64,000 nucleotides of DNA from Oscillospiraceae bacterium (GCA_015068765.1 SVJY01000001.1:6863-70862); one strand, 5' to 3'. Shown: positions 1-9,825, numbered from the stretch's first letter. Notes: generated from the sequence alone by a model not told the origin. Numbers and translations: made by a program.

Positions 1-2891
1 GGATAACACTCGGCAGTGGTGAAAAAACCCTGAATTTAAACGGTAAATCCGTTGAACTCAACGCCGAAACGGGCATGGAAACTACTATGATAAGAGTACC
101 GAGCGGTGCCTCTCTTATTGTTAACGATACAAGTGGCGACAACTCGGGAAAACTTTTCTGCTACGGAAAAATGCCTGTGATCAGGGATGGTGACGGTGTT
201 TTAAGATATTTCAACAACAGCGTAATGTACAGAAATGTTTTGGAAATTAACGGTGGCGCCGTAACTGTAAACGGAGGCACATTGGAGGCAGGACGCTCCA
301 AAAAAACATGGATATATAACGGCAGAGATGTCTATAGTTTAAGACATCTGCTTGATTATGCGCTCCAATTCGGCGTTCTTGGCTACGCAATCGGTGCAAG
401 ATATGACGGTTATGCCTGGCAACAGATAAACGGCGATTGTATCACGGTAAATAACGGAAGCCTAATGGTAAACGACGGTATTTTCCTCGGCAGAGGCTTT
501 GCGGACATAGAAACCTTTATAAAGGAAAACGATAATGATGTTGATGTCCGTTTTGCGCGTTCAGCGTGCTTAAGACTTGTCGGAGGAAACACCAGAATTA
601 ACGACGGTACATTCTGGGGCAGAGGGAATGCCGATGTTCTTTCCACTACAAAGGATGCTAAAGTTACGGTAAAGAGCGGAACATTCAGTACAAATCATCT
701 TCGTGTTTTATCGGTTCCTTCTTTGAGTGTCACACTGAACGGATACTTTGAACCCTACGTTATAGGACATGAACAAAGATACGGATATCAGTATCATCCT
801 GCGTCTGATGTGGGCAGTGTAAGACTTACTTCTGATATGCTTGACCCACAGCGAAACACTGCAGAGCTTAACGGTAAAACCTTACCTGTAAGCGAATGGG
901 CAAAGCTTAACGCTACAGGAAATGACGGTTCGGCTAAAGTTGTTGTCACACACCATATGTCAAATGCCGACAGAAGAAATTTTATGTCGGGCGACAGGTC
1001 AGCAGGCAAAAAAGAAATAAAGAACCTTAATATAAGCGGTACAAATACTTACGGTATGACACTTTCTCCCAATGTGCTTTCCTGTAACGAGGAGGGTGTA
1101 AGAAGCATTTCTGTTGAATGGTATCATAACGATGAGCCTTGCGACGATGAAGCAACAATGGTTGCAGGAAAATATCAGGCAAAGGTAGAGGTAATACTTG
1201 ACAGCAACTATATTTTCTCTGATACACCTAACTTCTCAATTATGGGCGACAGAGTAAGCGACTATGATTTATCTTCTACAAAAAGAACAGCGACACTTTG
1301 GTCAAAGGTTTATAACTTAGAGTGTAATCACTCATATAATGAGGACGAATATCTCCACTTTGACAATGACAAGCATTTTATGCAGTGTTCAGTCTGCAAT
1401 AAGGTGCTTATCGACGAAGCACACGAATTTGGTGACGGAGAACAGGAAAACGGTGCGATAGTGTACAAGTGTCGTACATGCGACTTTTCATACGGAGAGG
1501 CTGATGACGGTAAAGTCAGAATAGATCGTGTGCATATCGATATTCCGAACCCTAAGACAGGATATTCACCTGAATATTTCGGTTTAATAAGCGGTGAGGG
1601 TGTAAGCTTTTCAAATGGCGGAGATGAATTTACAAAGAACGGTATCCGCTGGGGACTTTACGTAAACGATTCAGGCGTTGCGGAAGATGCGCTCTTTGCA
1701 AGCGGTATGGGATACCGTGCTACCATATACTTAATAGCTGACGAGGGCTATACCTTCAGCAAGGACCAGAATGCACAGTATAATCCTGTTGTGATTGTAA
1801 ACGGTGAACAAGCAGAGTACGAGACAGACGGCACGCTTATGACGGTTAAATACGAAGTAAACGCACCCGAAATTTTCGTTTCTTACATAAATATGTCCGG
1901 TATCGATTTCCCTGAAATCGGAAACACGCCCGACATCGAACCCGAATCTGCTGAGCCGCAATATTATGATGCAAAAAAGGATTCAGGGGCCATTACATGG
2001 TATCAAGATGGCGAATATATGGATAAGACAGATACCTTCAAAGCAGGCAAGGAATATAAGGCTGTTATGTACGTTGATACAATCCGTTCGGGTTGGGATT
2101 ATACTGCAAAATTTGCCGAGGATATTAGTGCATCGGTTGACGGCTTTGCTGTAAAGGAAAGCGACGTCGAGAGACTTCACGATACAACGGTTGTTGTAAC
2201 CTACACATTTCCCGTTCTTGAGGAAGAGAAAGTAGAAGAACCGGAAAAGCCGGTTGAAACCGAGAAACCTACAGAAAAACCACAAGAGTCGGAAAAACCA
2301 ACCGAAACAGAAAAGCCTGTCGAAAAGGAGCCTGAGAAACCGCAGGAAACAGAAAATTATACCTTTGTGGATGTTAAAAAGGGTGAATATTATTACGATG
2401 CTGTTATGTGGGCGGTAGAAAACGGCATTACATCCGGTACAAGTGCCACTTCCTTTAGCCCGGATGCGGCTTGTACGAGAGCACAGGTTGTTACTTTCCT
2501 ACACAGGATGGTGGCAAGTCCGGAGCCTATGCCCATGGATAATCCGTTTAGTGATGTGAAGGAAGGCAGCTATTACTATAAGCCTGTTTTATGGGCGGTG
2601 GGAAGCAGTATTACCGCCGGCACAAGTGCAAGCACCTTCAGCCCTGATACAGCTTGCACAAGAGCACAAGTAGTGACTTTCCTCTGGAGAGCTGCCGGAA
2701 AGCCCCAGCCAAAGGGCACGAACAATCCTTTTGCGGATGTAAAAGAAGGCAGCTATTATGAAAAAGCTGTTTTGTGGGCAATGGAAAACGGCATTACCGG
2801 GGGCACGAGTACGACCACCTTCTCGCCGGATACAAATTGCACAAGAGCCCAGGTCGTCACGTTCCTTTACCGATTTATTACCGGTGCATAA
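1..2891 (+). CDS. Cell-surface protein, 5'-truncated by the window edge, with a C-terminal triple SLH anchor
   Basis: The frame of ORF 75..2891 stays open back to base 3 (ITLGSGEKTLNLNGKSVELNAETG precedes the first Met), so the true N-terminus lies upstream. The N-terminal part has repeated (V/I)N(G/D)G(T/S)(L/F) turns (beta-helix-like). It is followed by a Cys-rich insert (CNHSYNED..CSVCNK..CRTCDF), a Glu/Lys/Pro linker and three SLH repeats. Confidence 0.8.
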   Translation, partial: ITLGSGEKTLNLNGKSVELNAETGMETTMIRVPSGASLIVNDTSGDNSGKLFCYGKMPVIRDGDGVLRYFNNSVMYRNVLEINGGAVTVNGGTLEAGRSKKTWIYNGRDVYSLRHLLDYALQFGVLGYAIGARYDGYAWQQINGDCITVNNGSLMVNDGIFLGRGFADIETFIKENDNDVDVRFARSACLRLVGGNTRINDGTFWGRGNADVLSTTKDAKVTVKSGTFSTNHLRVLSVPSLSVTLNGYFEPYVIGHEQRYGYQYHPASDVGSVRLTSDMLDPQRNTAELNGKTLPVSEWAKLNATGNDGSAKVVVTHHMSNADRRNFMSGDRSAGKKEIKNLNISGTNTYGMTLSPNVLSCNEEGVRSISVEWYHNDEPCDDEATMVAGKYQAKVEVILDSNYIFSDTPNFSIMGDRVSDYDLSSTKRTATLWSKVYNLECNHSYNEDEYLHFDNDKHFMQCSVCNKVLIDEAHEFGDGEQENGAIVYKCRTCDFSYGEADDGKVRIDRVHIDIPNPKTGYSPEYFGLISGEGVSFSNGGDEFTKNGIRWGLYVNDSGVAEDALFASGMGYRATIYLIADEGYTFSKDQNAQYNPVVIVNGEQAEYETDGTLMTVKYEVNAPEIFVSYINMSGIDFPEIGNTPDIEPESAEPQYYDAKKDSGAITWYQDGEYMDKTDTFKAGKEYKAVMYVDTIRSGWDYTAKFAEDISASVDGFAVKESDVERLHDTTVVVTYTFPVLEEEKVEEPEKPVETEKPTEKPQESEKPTETEKPVEKEPEKPQETENYTFVDVKKGEYYYDAVMWAVENGITSGTSATSFSPDAACTRAQVVTFLHRMVASPEPMPMDNPFSDVKEGSYYYKPVLWAVGSSITAGTSASTFSPDTACTRAQVVTFLWRAAGKPQPKGTNNPFADVKEGSYYEKAVLWAMENGITGGTSTTTFSPDTNCTRAQVVTFLYRFITGA
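2352..2888 (+). repeat. Three tandem ~180-bp coding repeats (SLH domains), preceded by an EKP-rich linker (~2220-2351)
   Basis: The repeat units are 2352-2537, 2538-2720 and 2721-2888. Each encodes F.DVK.G.YY..AV.WA...GIT.GTS...FSPD..CTRAQVVTFL. Confidence 0.85.
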
Positions 2892-2899
2892 AAAGAAGC

Positions 2900-2934
2900 A
2901 GGCACCCTGTACCGCTTTGCGGCACAGGGTGCCT
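2900..2934. terminator. Bidirectional rho-independent terminator between convergent genes
   Basis: Inverted repeat AGGCACCCTGT / ACAGGGTGCCT with a partly self-pairing loop (accgctttgcggc). An A-run lies upstream and CTTATTTT downstream. It sits between the stops at 2891 (+) and 2936 (-). Confidence 0.7.
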
Positions 2935-2935
2935 C

Positions 2936-3994
2936 TTATTTTGGTTCGCTTTTAAGTTTTATACTTGCAGTAAAGTGCGTCCCGTTTCGGTTAATGTCCA
3001 GTGCCACCGTATCGCCCACCCGATAGTATAAAAGCTTTTCCCTAAGCTCTGCCATTCGGGTAAGGGGCTGTGCGTCAATGGCGGTAATAATATCCCCCTT
3101 CGTAAGCCCGGCAAGGCGTGCCGGACTTCCTGCAGCTACCTCGCTGATATACAGACCCGTTTCGGGGGCTTCCATTTGCATATACCGTGCCGTTTCCCCG
3201 TCATAGGCATACAGCCCCAGATACGGCATTTCGTATGCACCGTCCGCCACGGTGCGTTCTACAATCGGACGGCAAAGATTGATGCTAATGGCGAAGCCCA
3301 TTCCTTCCGCATCCTGTGCCTTTATGGTATTTATCCCAATTACTTCACCCCGCATATTCACCAAAGGGCCGCCACTGTTGCCGGGATTTATGGAAGCATC
3401 GGTCTGAATGAGATTCTCCATGAGGGTCCCGTTGTCGTTCATATACAGCATACGGTTTACAGCACTGACAATGCCGGCAGTCACTGTCCGCTGAAATTGC
3501 AGGCTCAAGGGATTGCCGATTGCCAGTACTGCCTCTCCGACCTGCAGGACGGAGGCATCTCCCAGTGTGGCAGGGGTAAGTCCGCTTTCTTCTATTTTTA
3601 TGATCGCGATATCCAGGGCATCATCGCTCCAGGTCTTTTTACCCTGGACGGTACGACCGTCTGAAAGGGTGACAAATATTTCCGCATGATTGCCGACTAC
3701 ATGGTGGTTTGTGAGAATATAACCATCTTGGCTGACGATGACGCCGCTGCCCATACTTTGGGTACTGACGGGTGCAGAGAAGCTATGGCTTTTCACGACA
3801 GAGGAAACCCCTACCACCGACGGTATCATTCGGGCGGCTATATCCGGTACGGCCGGTGCATCTGCTACGGCGATGTATGAAGTGTCCTTGTCTGCAGGTA
3901 TGGTCTGATCCAGCATCACCACCGAAACGAAAAACGCCACAGCCCCTGCAAGCAGTACTGTAAGTAGGCTTCCAAACAGTTTTTTCACATGCAA
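2936..3994 (-). CDS. htrA: HtrA/DegP-family trypsin-like serine protease with N-terminal membrane anchor and C-terminal PDZ domain
   Basis: 352 aa. TM segment LLTVLLAGAVAFFVSVV. Catalytic triad context LTNHHVV, DIAIIKI, GNSGGPLVN. PDZ-like tail (GLYISEV..GSPA..AGL..GDIITAID). Confidence 0.9.
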   Translation of the reverse strand: MHVKKLFGSLLTVLLAGAVAFFVSVVMLDQTIPADKDTSYIAVADAPAVPDIAARMIPSVVGVSSVVKSHSFSAPVSTQSMGSGVIVSQDGYILTNHHVVGNHAEIFVTLSDGRTVQGKKTWSDDALDIAIIKIEESGLTPATLGDASVLQVGEAVLAIGNPLSLQFQRTVTAGIVSAVNRMLYMNDNGTLMENLIQTDASINPGNSGGPLVNMRGEVIGINTIKAQDAEGMGFAISINLCRPIVERTVADGAYEMPYLGLYAYDGETARYMQMEAPETGLYISEVAAGSPARLAGLTKGDIITAIDAQPLTRMAELREKLLYYRVGDTVALDINRNGTHFTASIKLKSEPK

Positions 3995-4091
3995 CCCATC
4001 CTTTCTTTTGATTTAGTATATCGAAAGAAAGGATTTTTATTCTTCTTTTGAAAAAATAGTAAAAATACAAAAATGAAACAAACACTATATA

Positions 4092-4117
4092 TTGTTGTTA
4101 CAAAAATGTAACAACAA
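4092..4117. repeat. Perfect 11-bp inverted repeat in the htrA/mraZ divergent intergenic region (candidate operator)
   Basis: TTGTTGTTACA-aaaa-TGTAACAACAA. It is not positioned as a terminator for either flanking gene, because both diverge from it. Confidence 0.4.
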
Positions 4118-4184
4118 AAAGTTGTGCGGCATTTTTCTGCGGAGAAAAAAGTTTAAAAAAAATAAAAAAATTTTAAAAAAAGGC

Positions 4185-4213
4185 TTGAAATTCATGAAAA
4201 AATCGTGTAAAAT
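4185..4213 (+). promoter_or_regulatory. Candidate sigma-A promoter of the dcw cluster
   Basis: -35 TTGAAA (4185-4190), 17-bp spacer, -10 TAAAAT (4208-4213). A long A/T-rich UP-like tract lies upstream (4141-4180). Confidence 0.5.
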
Positions 4214-4219
4214 TTCATT

Positions 4220-4259
4220 AAGTGGTAAAAAGTGCAACAATGTGTAACAAAGTGGGGGG
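4220..4259 (+). promoter_or_regulatory. Four 10-bp-phased GTG-core direct repeats (candidate MraZ operator)
   Basis: AAGTGGtaaa / AAGTGCaaca / ATGTGTaaca / AAGTGGgggg, starting at 4220, 4230, 4240 and 4250. They lie between the -10 and the mraZ start. MraZ family repressors are known to bind phased GTG(G)-type repeats in their own leader. Confidence 0.55.
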
Positions 4260-4266
4260 TGAAGGC

Positions 4267-4704
4267 GTGTACATCGGTCAATATTTTCATAATCTGGATG
4301 CAAAAGGCCGGGTCATTATGCCTTCCCGGTTCAGAGAACAGCTTGGAGAAAATTTCGTAGTCACAGAAGGCTATGAGGGCTGTCTTTCCGTTTATTCGGA
4401 AGAAGAATGGAATCAGTTCGTCAACCAGCTTCTGAGCCTGCCCACACACAGCGCGGATACACGTCGTGTTATCCGTCGGCTTGCTTCCGGTGCCGTAAAC
4501 TGCGAAACGGACAAGCAGGGCAGAATTCTGCTCCCGGCACATTTGCGTGACATGGCGAAAATTGAAAAAGAAGTTATGATTATCGGCGCCATCACTCGCG
4601 TGGAAATCTGGGACAGTGCGGCATGGGAAAAGTACAATAATGATGAGAATGCCATGAGCCTTGAGGAGGCTACTGCACGGCTTTCGGGACTTGCGGGCGT
4701 ATGA
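4267..4704 (+). CDS. mraZ: Transcriptional regulator MraZ
   Basis: [25 protein letters not shown] and a second DKQGRILLP SpoVT/AbrB-like repeat. The preferred start is GTG 4267, behind RBS GGGGGTGAAGG. The track ORF starts at GTG 4222. Confidence 0.9.
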   Translation: MYIGQYFHNLDAKGRVIMPSRFREQLGENFVVTEGYEGCLSVYSEEEWNQFVNQLLSLPTHSADTRRVIRRLASGAVNCETDKQGRILLPAHLRDMAKIEKEVMIIGAITRVEIWDSAAWEKYNNDENAMSLEEATARLSGLAGV

Positions 4705-5630
4705 CGGCATTTCATCACACCACGGTACTGAAGAAGGAAACGGTAGACGGTCTTCTTGTCCGGGAAGGCGGCATATATGTGGATATGACCTTGGGCGGCG
4801 GCGGACACAGTGAAGAGATTCTGCGTCGTGGCGGCAATGTAATCGGTATCGACCAGGACAGCGTGGCGCTTAGGGCGGCAACGGAACGTCTCGGCCCCTT
4901 TGGCAATCGGTTTACGCCGGTAAAACGGAATTTCAGAGAAATCAAAGCGGTTCTTCGGGAACAGGCCCTGGAAGCGGTAGACGGCGTACTGATGGATCTG
5001 GGCGTATCCTCTCCACAGCTGGACGATGCAGAGCGCGGCTTTTCTTATATGCAGGACGCACCGCTGGATATGCGAATGGACAGGGAGAATGCGTTTTCCG
5101 CTCGGGAGATTGTCAACGGCTTTTCGGAAGAGGAGCTGGAGAGCATCATCCGGGAGTACGGCGAGGAACGGTGGGCAAAACGGATTGCATCGTTTATCAC
5201 AGAGGCACGGAAGAAAAAAACGATTGAAACCACGGGCGAGCTGGTGCAGATTATCAAAGCGGCAGTGCCCAAGGGTGCAAGGCGAGACGGTCCCCATCCG
5301 GCGAAACGGACATTTCAGGCAATCCGCATTGCGGTAAACAGTGAACTGGATGTTCTGGAAACGGCGTTGGCAGATGCGATTGATGTGCTTCGGCCCGGCG
5401 GACGAATTTCCGTGATCACCTTTCACTCTTTAGAGGACCGAATTGTGAAAAACACATTTCAGACGGCGGCGGCAGGTTGCATCTGTCCAAAGGAATATCC
5501 CGTATGTGTCTGCGGAAAGAAACCCACAGTACGGATAGAAACCAGAAAGCCCATTTTGCCGGGTGAAGAGGAACTGGAAGAAAACCCAAGAGCACGGAGT
5601 GCAAAATTACGAATTGCAGAAAAGAGGTGA
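4701..5630 (+). CDS. rsmH: 16S rRNA (cytosine1402-N4)-methyltransferase RsmH/MraW
   Basis: 309 aa. [16 protein letters not shown]-binding [35 protein letters not shown] overlap with the mraZ stop. Confidence 0.95.
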   Translation: MTAFHHTTVLKKETVDGLLVREGGIYVDMTLGGGGHSEEILRRGGNVIGIDQDSVALRAATERLGPFGNRFTPVKRNFREIKAVLREQALEAVDGVLMDLGVSSPQLDDAERGFSYMQDAPLDMRMDRENAFSAREIVNGFSEEELESIIREYGEERWAKRIASFITEARKKKTIETTGELVQIIKAAVPKGARRDGPHPAKRTFQAIRIAVNSELDVLETALADAIDVLRPGGRISVITFHSLEDRIVKNTFQTAAAGCICPKEYPVCVCGKKPTVRIETRKPILPGEEELEENPRARSAKLRIAEKR

Positions 5631-5634
5631 AATC

Positions 5635-6093
5635 ATGCAGGTACCGGTTTATGGAAGTAACGCATACAAATACGAACAGGAATACCGTATGGTACCCAAA
5701 AAGAAAACGGTGGTACGACGCGTTCGCAAACGTAAGAAAGTAGGTATCAAAAGCTTGATTTTACCCGTTGCGGCTGTTTGTATGGCATTTGCCCTGCTTC
5801 TGAATAACTCCGTACTTTTAGAAAAAAATGCCAAAATTGAGGAACTGAGAGGACAGCTGGATACAGTCAATGCCCAGACGGTGGCAGGAGAGTTTGAAAT
5901 TGAACGCAATATGGATTTGCGGAAGATTGAAGAGGAAGCAATCACAAGGCTGGGAATGCAGCGTCCCACAAAGGCACAGACCGTGTACGTAGAAATGGGG
6001 AACTGTGATTATGCAGAAACGGCAGAAAAGAAAGTGCCGAAGAAAAATATTTTTTCTGCATTAGCCGATAACGTTTTGGAATATTTCGGCTAA
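5635..6093 (+). CDS. ftsL: FtsL-like cell division protein (single TM plus coiled coil)
   Basis: Position between rsmH and the PBP gene. Basic N-terminus, TM segment LILPVAAVCMAFALLL, then a coiled-coil segment. Start ATG 5635 lies behind RBS AAGAGGTGA. The track ORF starts earlier at 5563, inside rsmH. Confidence 0.75.
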   Translation: MQVPVYGSNAYKYEQEYRMVPKKKTVVRRVRKRKKVGIKSLILPVAAVCMAFALLLNNSVLLEKNAKIEELRGQLDTVNAQTVAGEFEIERNMDLRKIEEEAITRLGMQRPTKAQTVYVEMGNCDYAETAEKKVPKKNIFSALADNVLEYFG

Positions 6094-6116
6094 AGGCCCA
6101 TATGATATACAAGCGA

Positions 6117-6150
6117 GGGAGCGTGCCCATGGGACTCGCTCCCACTTTTA
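6117..6150 (+). terminator. Weak hairpin plus T-run between ftsL and the PBP gene (possible partial terminator or processing site)
   Basis: GGGAGCG (6117-6123) pairs with CGCTCCC (6137-6143). The loop contains the palindromic CCCATGGG. ACTTTTAC follows. Confidence 0.3.
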
Positions 6151-6163
6151 CTACATACAAGGA

Positions 6164-8362
6164 GTGACGGTGTTGGCACAAAAAAAGAAAAAGGCCAATA
6201 TGAAGAAGAGAATGGTCGTACTGTACATCTGCCTTATGGCGGGGGTAGCAGTGCTTTTGTTGCGTACAGGATATTGGCAGTTTGTCCGTGGGCGTGAGCT
6301 TAAAGAGGCGGCCGTGGAACAGCAAACCCGTGACAGCCTTGTCTCCTCGGAGCGGGGAACAATTTATGACCGGAATATGAAGGTACTGGCACAGAGTGCG
6401 AGCACCAATATGGTATGCGTCGTGCCGGTAACCATCAAGGAGAAGAATAATGCAGAGGAAGTGGCCCGTGCCCTTTCGGAAATCCTGGATATTTCCTATG
6501 ATGATGTGTATGCCAAGACCCAGAAAAACAGCTATTATGAAATCGTAAAGCGGCGGGTGGAAGCCGGAGAGGTGGAAAAGATTCGTGCACTGAATCTGGC
6601 CGGCATTCGGCTGGATGCCGATACGAAACGGTATTATCCAAACGGCTCTCTTGCCTCACATGTAATCGGCTTTACGGGCAATGATAATCAAGGACTTTGG
6701 GGACTGGAAAGCGTCTACGATTCCGTACTGAAGGGAACAGCAGGACGTATTATTACAGCCAAAAGTGCAAACGGCACGGATATGCCTTATGAATATGAAC
6801 AGTACATGGACCCGGTGCAGGGCAGTGACCTTGTGCTGACCATTGACGAGACGATACAGCATTTTGTGGAAAAGCACCTGGAAACGGCAATCGCAGAAAC
6901 CAACGTACAGCAGGGTGCGGCGGCCATTGTGATGAATCCGAAAACCGGAGAGATACTGGCGATGGCGACAAAGCCGGACTATGATCTCAATCAGCCCATG
7001 ACGCTGACGGACGAAACCGTTTTGGCAACCTTGGCGGAGCTGGAGGAGGAAGAATACAATACCCAGTATGCCGTGGAGCTGAATCGTCTCTGGCGTAATA
7101 AAGCGGTAGTAGATACCTACGAGCCGGGCTCAACCTTCAAGGCAGTGGTTGCATCGGCGGCTTTAGAGGAAAATATTGTCAGCCTCGGTGAAGGCTTTGA
7201 CTGTTCGGGGAGCAGAACCGTTTCGGGTGTTCCGATCAGCTGTCACAATAAAAACGGACATGGGCACCAGTCCTTTGAAGAAGGCGTATGGAATTCCTGC
7301 AACCCGGTGTTTATGGAAATCGGAGCAAGACTGGGCGTGGAAAACTTCCGAAAATATTACCGGAGCTTTGGCTTTGGCGAAACCACCGGCTTTGATTTGC
7401 CCGGTGAGGCGGAAGGTATCTTCTTTGCGGAAGGACAGATGCGAGATCTGGAGCTTGCCACCAGCTCCTTCGGACAGGGCTTTAATGTTACCCCCTTGCA
7501 GATGATTACGGCGATGAGTGCCATTGCAAACGGCGGATATCTGATGAAGCCGTATATTGTCAAGCAGGTAAACGATGAAAACGGCAACGCCATTTCTATC
7601 ACAGAGCCTACAGTGGTTCGCCAGGTTATTTCACAAGAAACCAGCCGGAAAATGTGCGAAATCTTGGAAGGCGTTGTAACGGAGGGTGGCGGTAAAAACG
7701 CCTATGTCCGCGGATACAGCGTGGCAGGCAAAACAGGTACAAGTGAAAAACAGCCCCGCGGTAACGGAAAATATGTGGCATCCTTCCTGGGCTTTGCCCC
7801 GGCGGACGATCCGCAGATTGCCGTCATCGTCATTCTGGACGAACCGGTAGGCGATTACTACGGCAGTATGATTGCCGCGCCCGTGGTTGGAAAAATCGTG
7901 GAAGATACACTGCGGTATTTAAGCGTGGAACGGCAGTACAATGAAGCAGAGGAACAAGAAGTAGATGTGAATATGCCTGACATTATCGGTAAAACTACGG
8001 CGGAAGCGGCGAAGATTCTTGTGGAAGCCGGCCTTCGTTACCATGTGGTGGGTGAAGAGGACGGCACGGTGCAAAACCAGATGCCCAGAGCAGGAACGGC
8101 AGTCCGTCAATCGTCAGTTTGTATTCTGTATACCGGCGATGCAGAGGAGGAAAGTACGCTGGTACCGGATGTGCTGGGACTAAGCCTTGCGGAGACCAAT
8201 GCCGGTCTTGCCAACAGTGACCTGAATATGATGCTTCGGGGCACCGGACGGCTGTATGCAAACGGCGTACTTCGTGCCGTCAGCCAGGAACCGCCGGCAG
8301 GTACAGAAGTGCCGAAGGGAACGGTGGTACAGGTGGAATTCCGTTATACAGGCAATGAATAG
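6164..8362 (+). CDS. Class B penicillin-binding protein (FtsI/SpoVD-type transpeptidase) with two C-terminal PASTA domains
   Basis: 732 aa. TM anchor, then the transpeptidase motifs STFK, SCN and KTGT, and two PASTA-like repeats at the C-terminus. The start is ambiguous: GTG 6164, GTG 6170 or TTG 6173, behind AAGGAG at 6159-6164. Confidence 0.9.
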   Translation: MTVLAQKKKKANMKKRMVVLYICLMAGVAVLLLRTGYWQFVRGRELKEAAVEQQTRDSLVSSERGTIYDRNMKVLAQSASTNMVCVVPVTIKEKNNAEEVARALSEILDISYDDVYAKTQKNSYYEIVKRRVEAGEVEKIRALNLAGIRLDADTKRYYPNGSLASHVIGFTGNDNQGLWGLESVYDSVLKGTAGRIITAKSANGTDMPYEYEQYMDPVQGSDLVLTIDETIQHFVEKHLETAIAETNVQQGAAAIVMNPKTGEILAMATKPDYDLNQPMTLTDETVLATLAELEEEEYNTQYAVELNRLWRNKAVVDTYEPGSTFKAVVASAALEENIVSLGEGFDCSGSRTVSGVPISCHNKNGHGHQSFEEGVWNSCNPVFMEIGARLGVENFRKYYRSFGFGETTGFDLPGEAEGIFFAEGQMRDLELATSSFGQGFNVTPLQMITAMSAIANGGYLMKPYIVKQVNDENGNAISITEPTVVRQVISQETSRKMCEILEGVVTEGGGKNAYVRGYSVAGKTGTSEKQPRGNGKYVASFLGFAPADDPQIAVIVILDEPVGDYYGSMIAAPVVGKIVEDTLRYLSVERQYNEAEEQEVDVNMPDIIGKTTAEAAKILVEAGLRYHVVGEEDGTVQNQMPRAGTAVRQSSVCILYTGDAEEESTLVPDVLGLSLAETNAGLANSDLNMMLRGTGRLYANGVLRAVSQEPPAGTEVPKGTVVQVEFRYTGNE

Positions 8363-8385
8363 TTAGAAAATTGGAGGAGCGAAAC

Positions 8386-9825
8386 GTGCGACTTAGCGAA
8401 CTACTGAAAAATACAGAGCATACGCTCTTTGGCGGAGATACAGATATCTCGGCCGTTACATACGATTCCAGAAAAGTGACACCGGGCAGTCTTTTTGTGG
8501 CTGTACGGGGATTTAATACGGATGGGCATGCGTATATAGAAAAAGCACTGGAAAACGGTGCGGCAGCCATTTTGGCAGAAGAAAACGGACCATGGGGCGT
8601 GCCCACGGCTGTCTGCCCGGACACACGCCGGGGCCTTGCAGAGGTGGGGGCTATGTTTTACGGAAAACCGGCAGAAAAACTCCGCATCATCGGCGTGACC
8701 GGCACCAACGGAAAAACCACAACCACATATCTCATTAAGCAGATCCTGGATCTTCTGGGCTATAAGACAGGGCTCATCGGCACAAATCAGAATATCATCG
8801 GCGATGTGGCAGTGCCTGCCGCTCGTACAACACCGGAATCGCTGGATTTACAAAAAATGTTCCACGATATGGTGGAAGCCGGTGTTACTCATGTGATTAT
8901 GGAGGTTTCCTCCCATTCGCTGGCGCTGTCCCGCACACATGGAATCCGTTTCCATGAAGCAGTATTTACCAATTTGACTCGGGATCATCTGGATTTTCAT
9001 GAAACCATGGAAAACTATATGGAATGTAAGGCAAAGCTGTTTTCACAGGCACGTCACGGCGTTATCAATGCGGACGATGCTTACGGTGCGGCAATGAAGA
9101 AGGCGGCAGGCTGTCCTGTGCAGACCTTCAGTGTGGAAAACGACAGTGACCTTCGGGGCTATAATATTCGCCTTAGTGAACGGGGCGTTATATGCAGTGC
9201 CGAGGTGGGCGGTGCCACCTATGAAATTCGGCTGGGAATTCCGGGAATGTTCTCGGTATACAATGCCCTTGCCGCTGTGGCGGCGTGCCTTGGCATGGGG
9301 ATTCCCATGGAGGATATTTTGAAAGGCCTTATACTTGCAAAGGGCGTCAAAGGCAGAGCGGAGGTCGTCCACATCACGGCCCCCTATACCGTACTGATTG
9401 ACTATGCCCATACGCCGGACGGATTGGAAAATATTATTGAAACGGTACGTGGTTTTGCGGCAGGACGTGTCATTACTCTTTTCGGCTGCGGTGGTGACAG
9501 GGATAAAACAAAGCGACCGATTATGGGCGAAATTGCAGGAAGACTTTCGGATTTTGCGGTGGTAACCAGCGACAATCCACGTACGGAAGACCCGTCTGCC
9601 ATTATCCGGGATATCGAAGCAGGTATGACAGACTACAAGGAAAAATACACGGTGGTGGAAAACCGCCGGGATGCGATAAAAGAGGCAATGTCCATTGCAA
9701 GACAGGGTGACGTGATCATTCTGGCAGGGAAGGGCCATGAAACCTATCAGATTCTGGCTAACAAGACCATTGATTTTGACGAACGTGCCATTGTAAAGGA
9801 GATTTTCAAGGATGCGGGGAATTGA
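8386..9825 (+). CDS. murE: UDP-N-acetylmuramoyl-L-alanyl-D-glutamate--2,6-diaminopimelate ligase MurE
   Basis: GVTGTNGKTTT P-loop. The SDNPRTEDP (DNPR) motif is typical of meso-DAP-adding enzymes. GTG 8386 behind GGAGGAG is preferred over the track start TTG 8371. Confidence 0.93.
   Translation: MRLSELLKNTEHTLFGGDTDISAVTYDSRKVTPGSLFVAVRGFNTDGHAYIEKALENGAAAILAEENGPWGVPTAVCPDTRRGLAEVGAMFYGKPAEKLRIIGVTGTNGKTTTTYLIKQILDLLGYKTGLIGTNQNIIGDVAVPAARTTPESLDLQKMFHDMVEAGVTHVIMEVSSHSLALSRTHGIRFHEAVFTNLTRDHLDFHETMENYMECKAKLFSQARHGVINADDAYGAAMKKAAGCPVQTFSVENDSDLRGYNIRLSERGVICSAEVGGATYEIRLGIPGMFSVYNALAAVAACLGMGIPMEDILKGLILAKGVKGRAEVVHITAPYTVLIDYAHTPDGLENIIETVRGFAAGRVITLFGCGGDRDKTKRPIMGEIAGRLSDFAVVTSDNPRTEDPSAIIRDIEAGMTDYKEKYTVVENRRDAIKEAMSIARQGDVIILAGKGHETYQILANKTIDFDERAIVKEIFKDAGN

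Noticed and set aside
4092-4117. Calling the htrA/mraZ palindrome a Rex box
   Set aside because: The half-sites resemble Rex (TTGTTA/TAACAA), but the arm spacing is 2 bp longer than the Rex consensus. It is kept only as an unassigned palindrome.
4413-5426. 337-aa minus-strand ORF opposite rsmH. Similar long antisense ORFs occur at 9043-9966, 16644-17600, 23941-24828, 47912-48670, 52539-53276 and 61483-62337
   Set aside because: All lie antisense to genes with unambiguous conserved motifs (murE/murF, ftsZ, carB, nrdD, ftsX, pxpC). None has its own translation signals.
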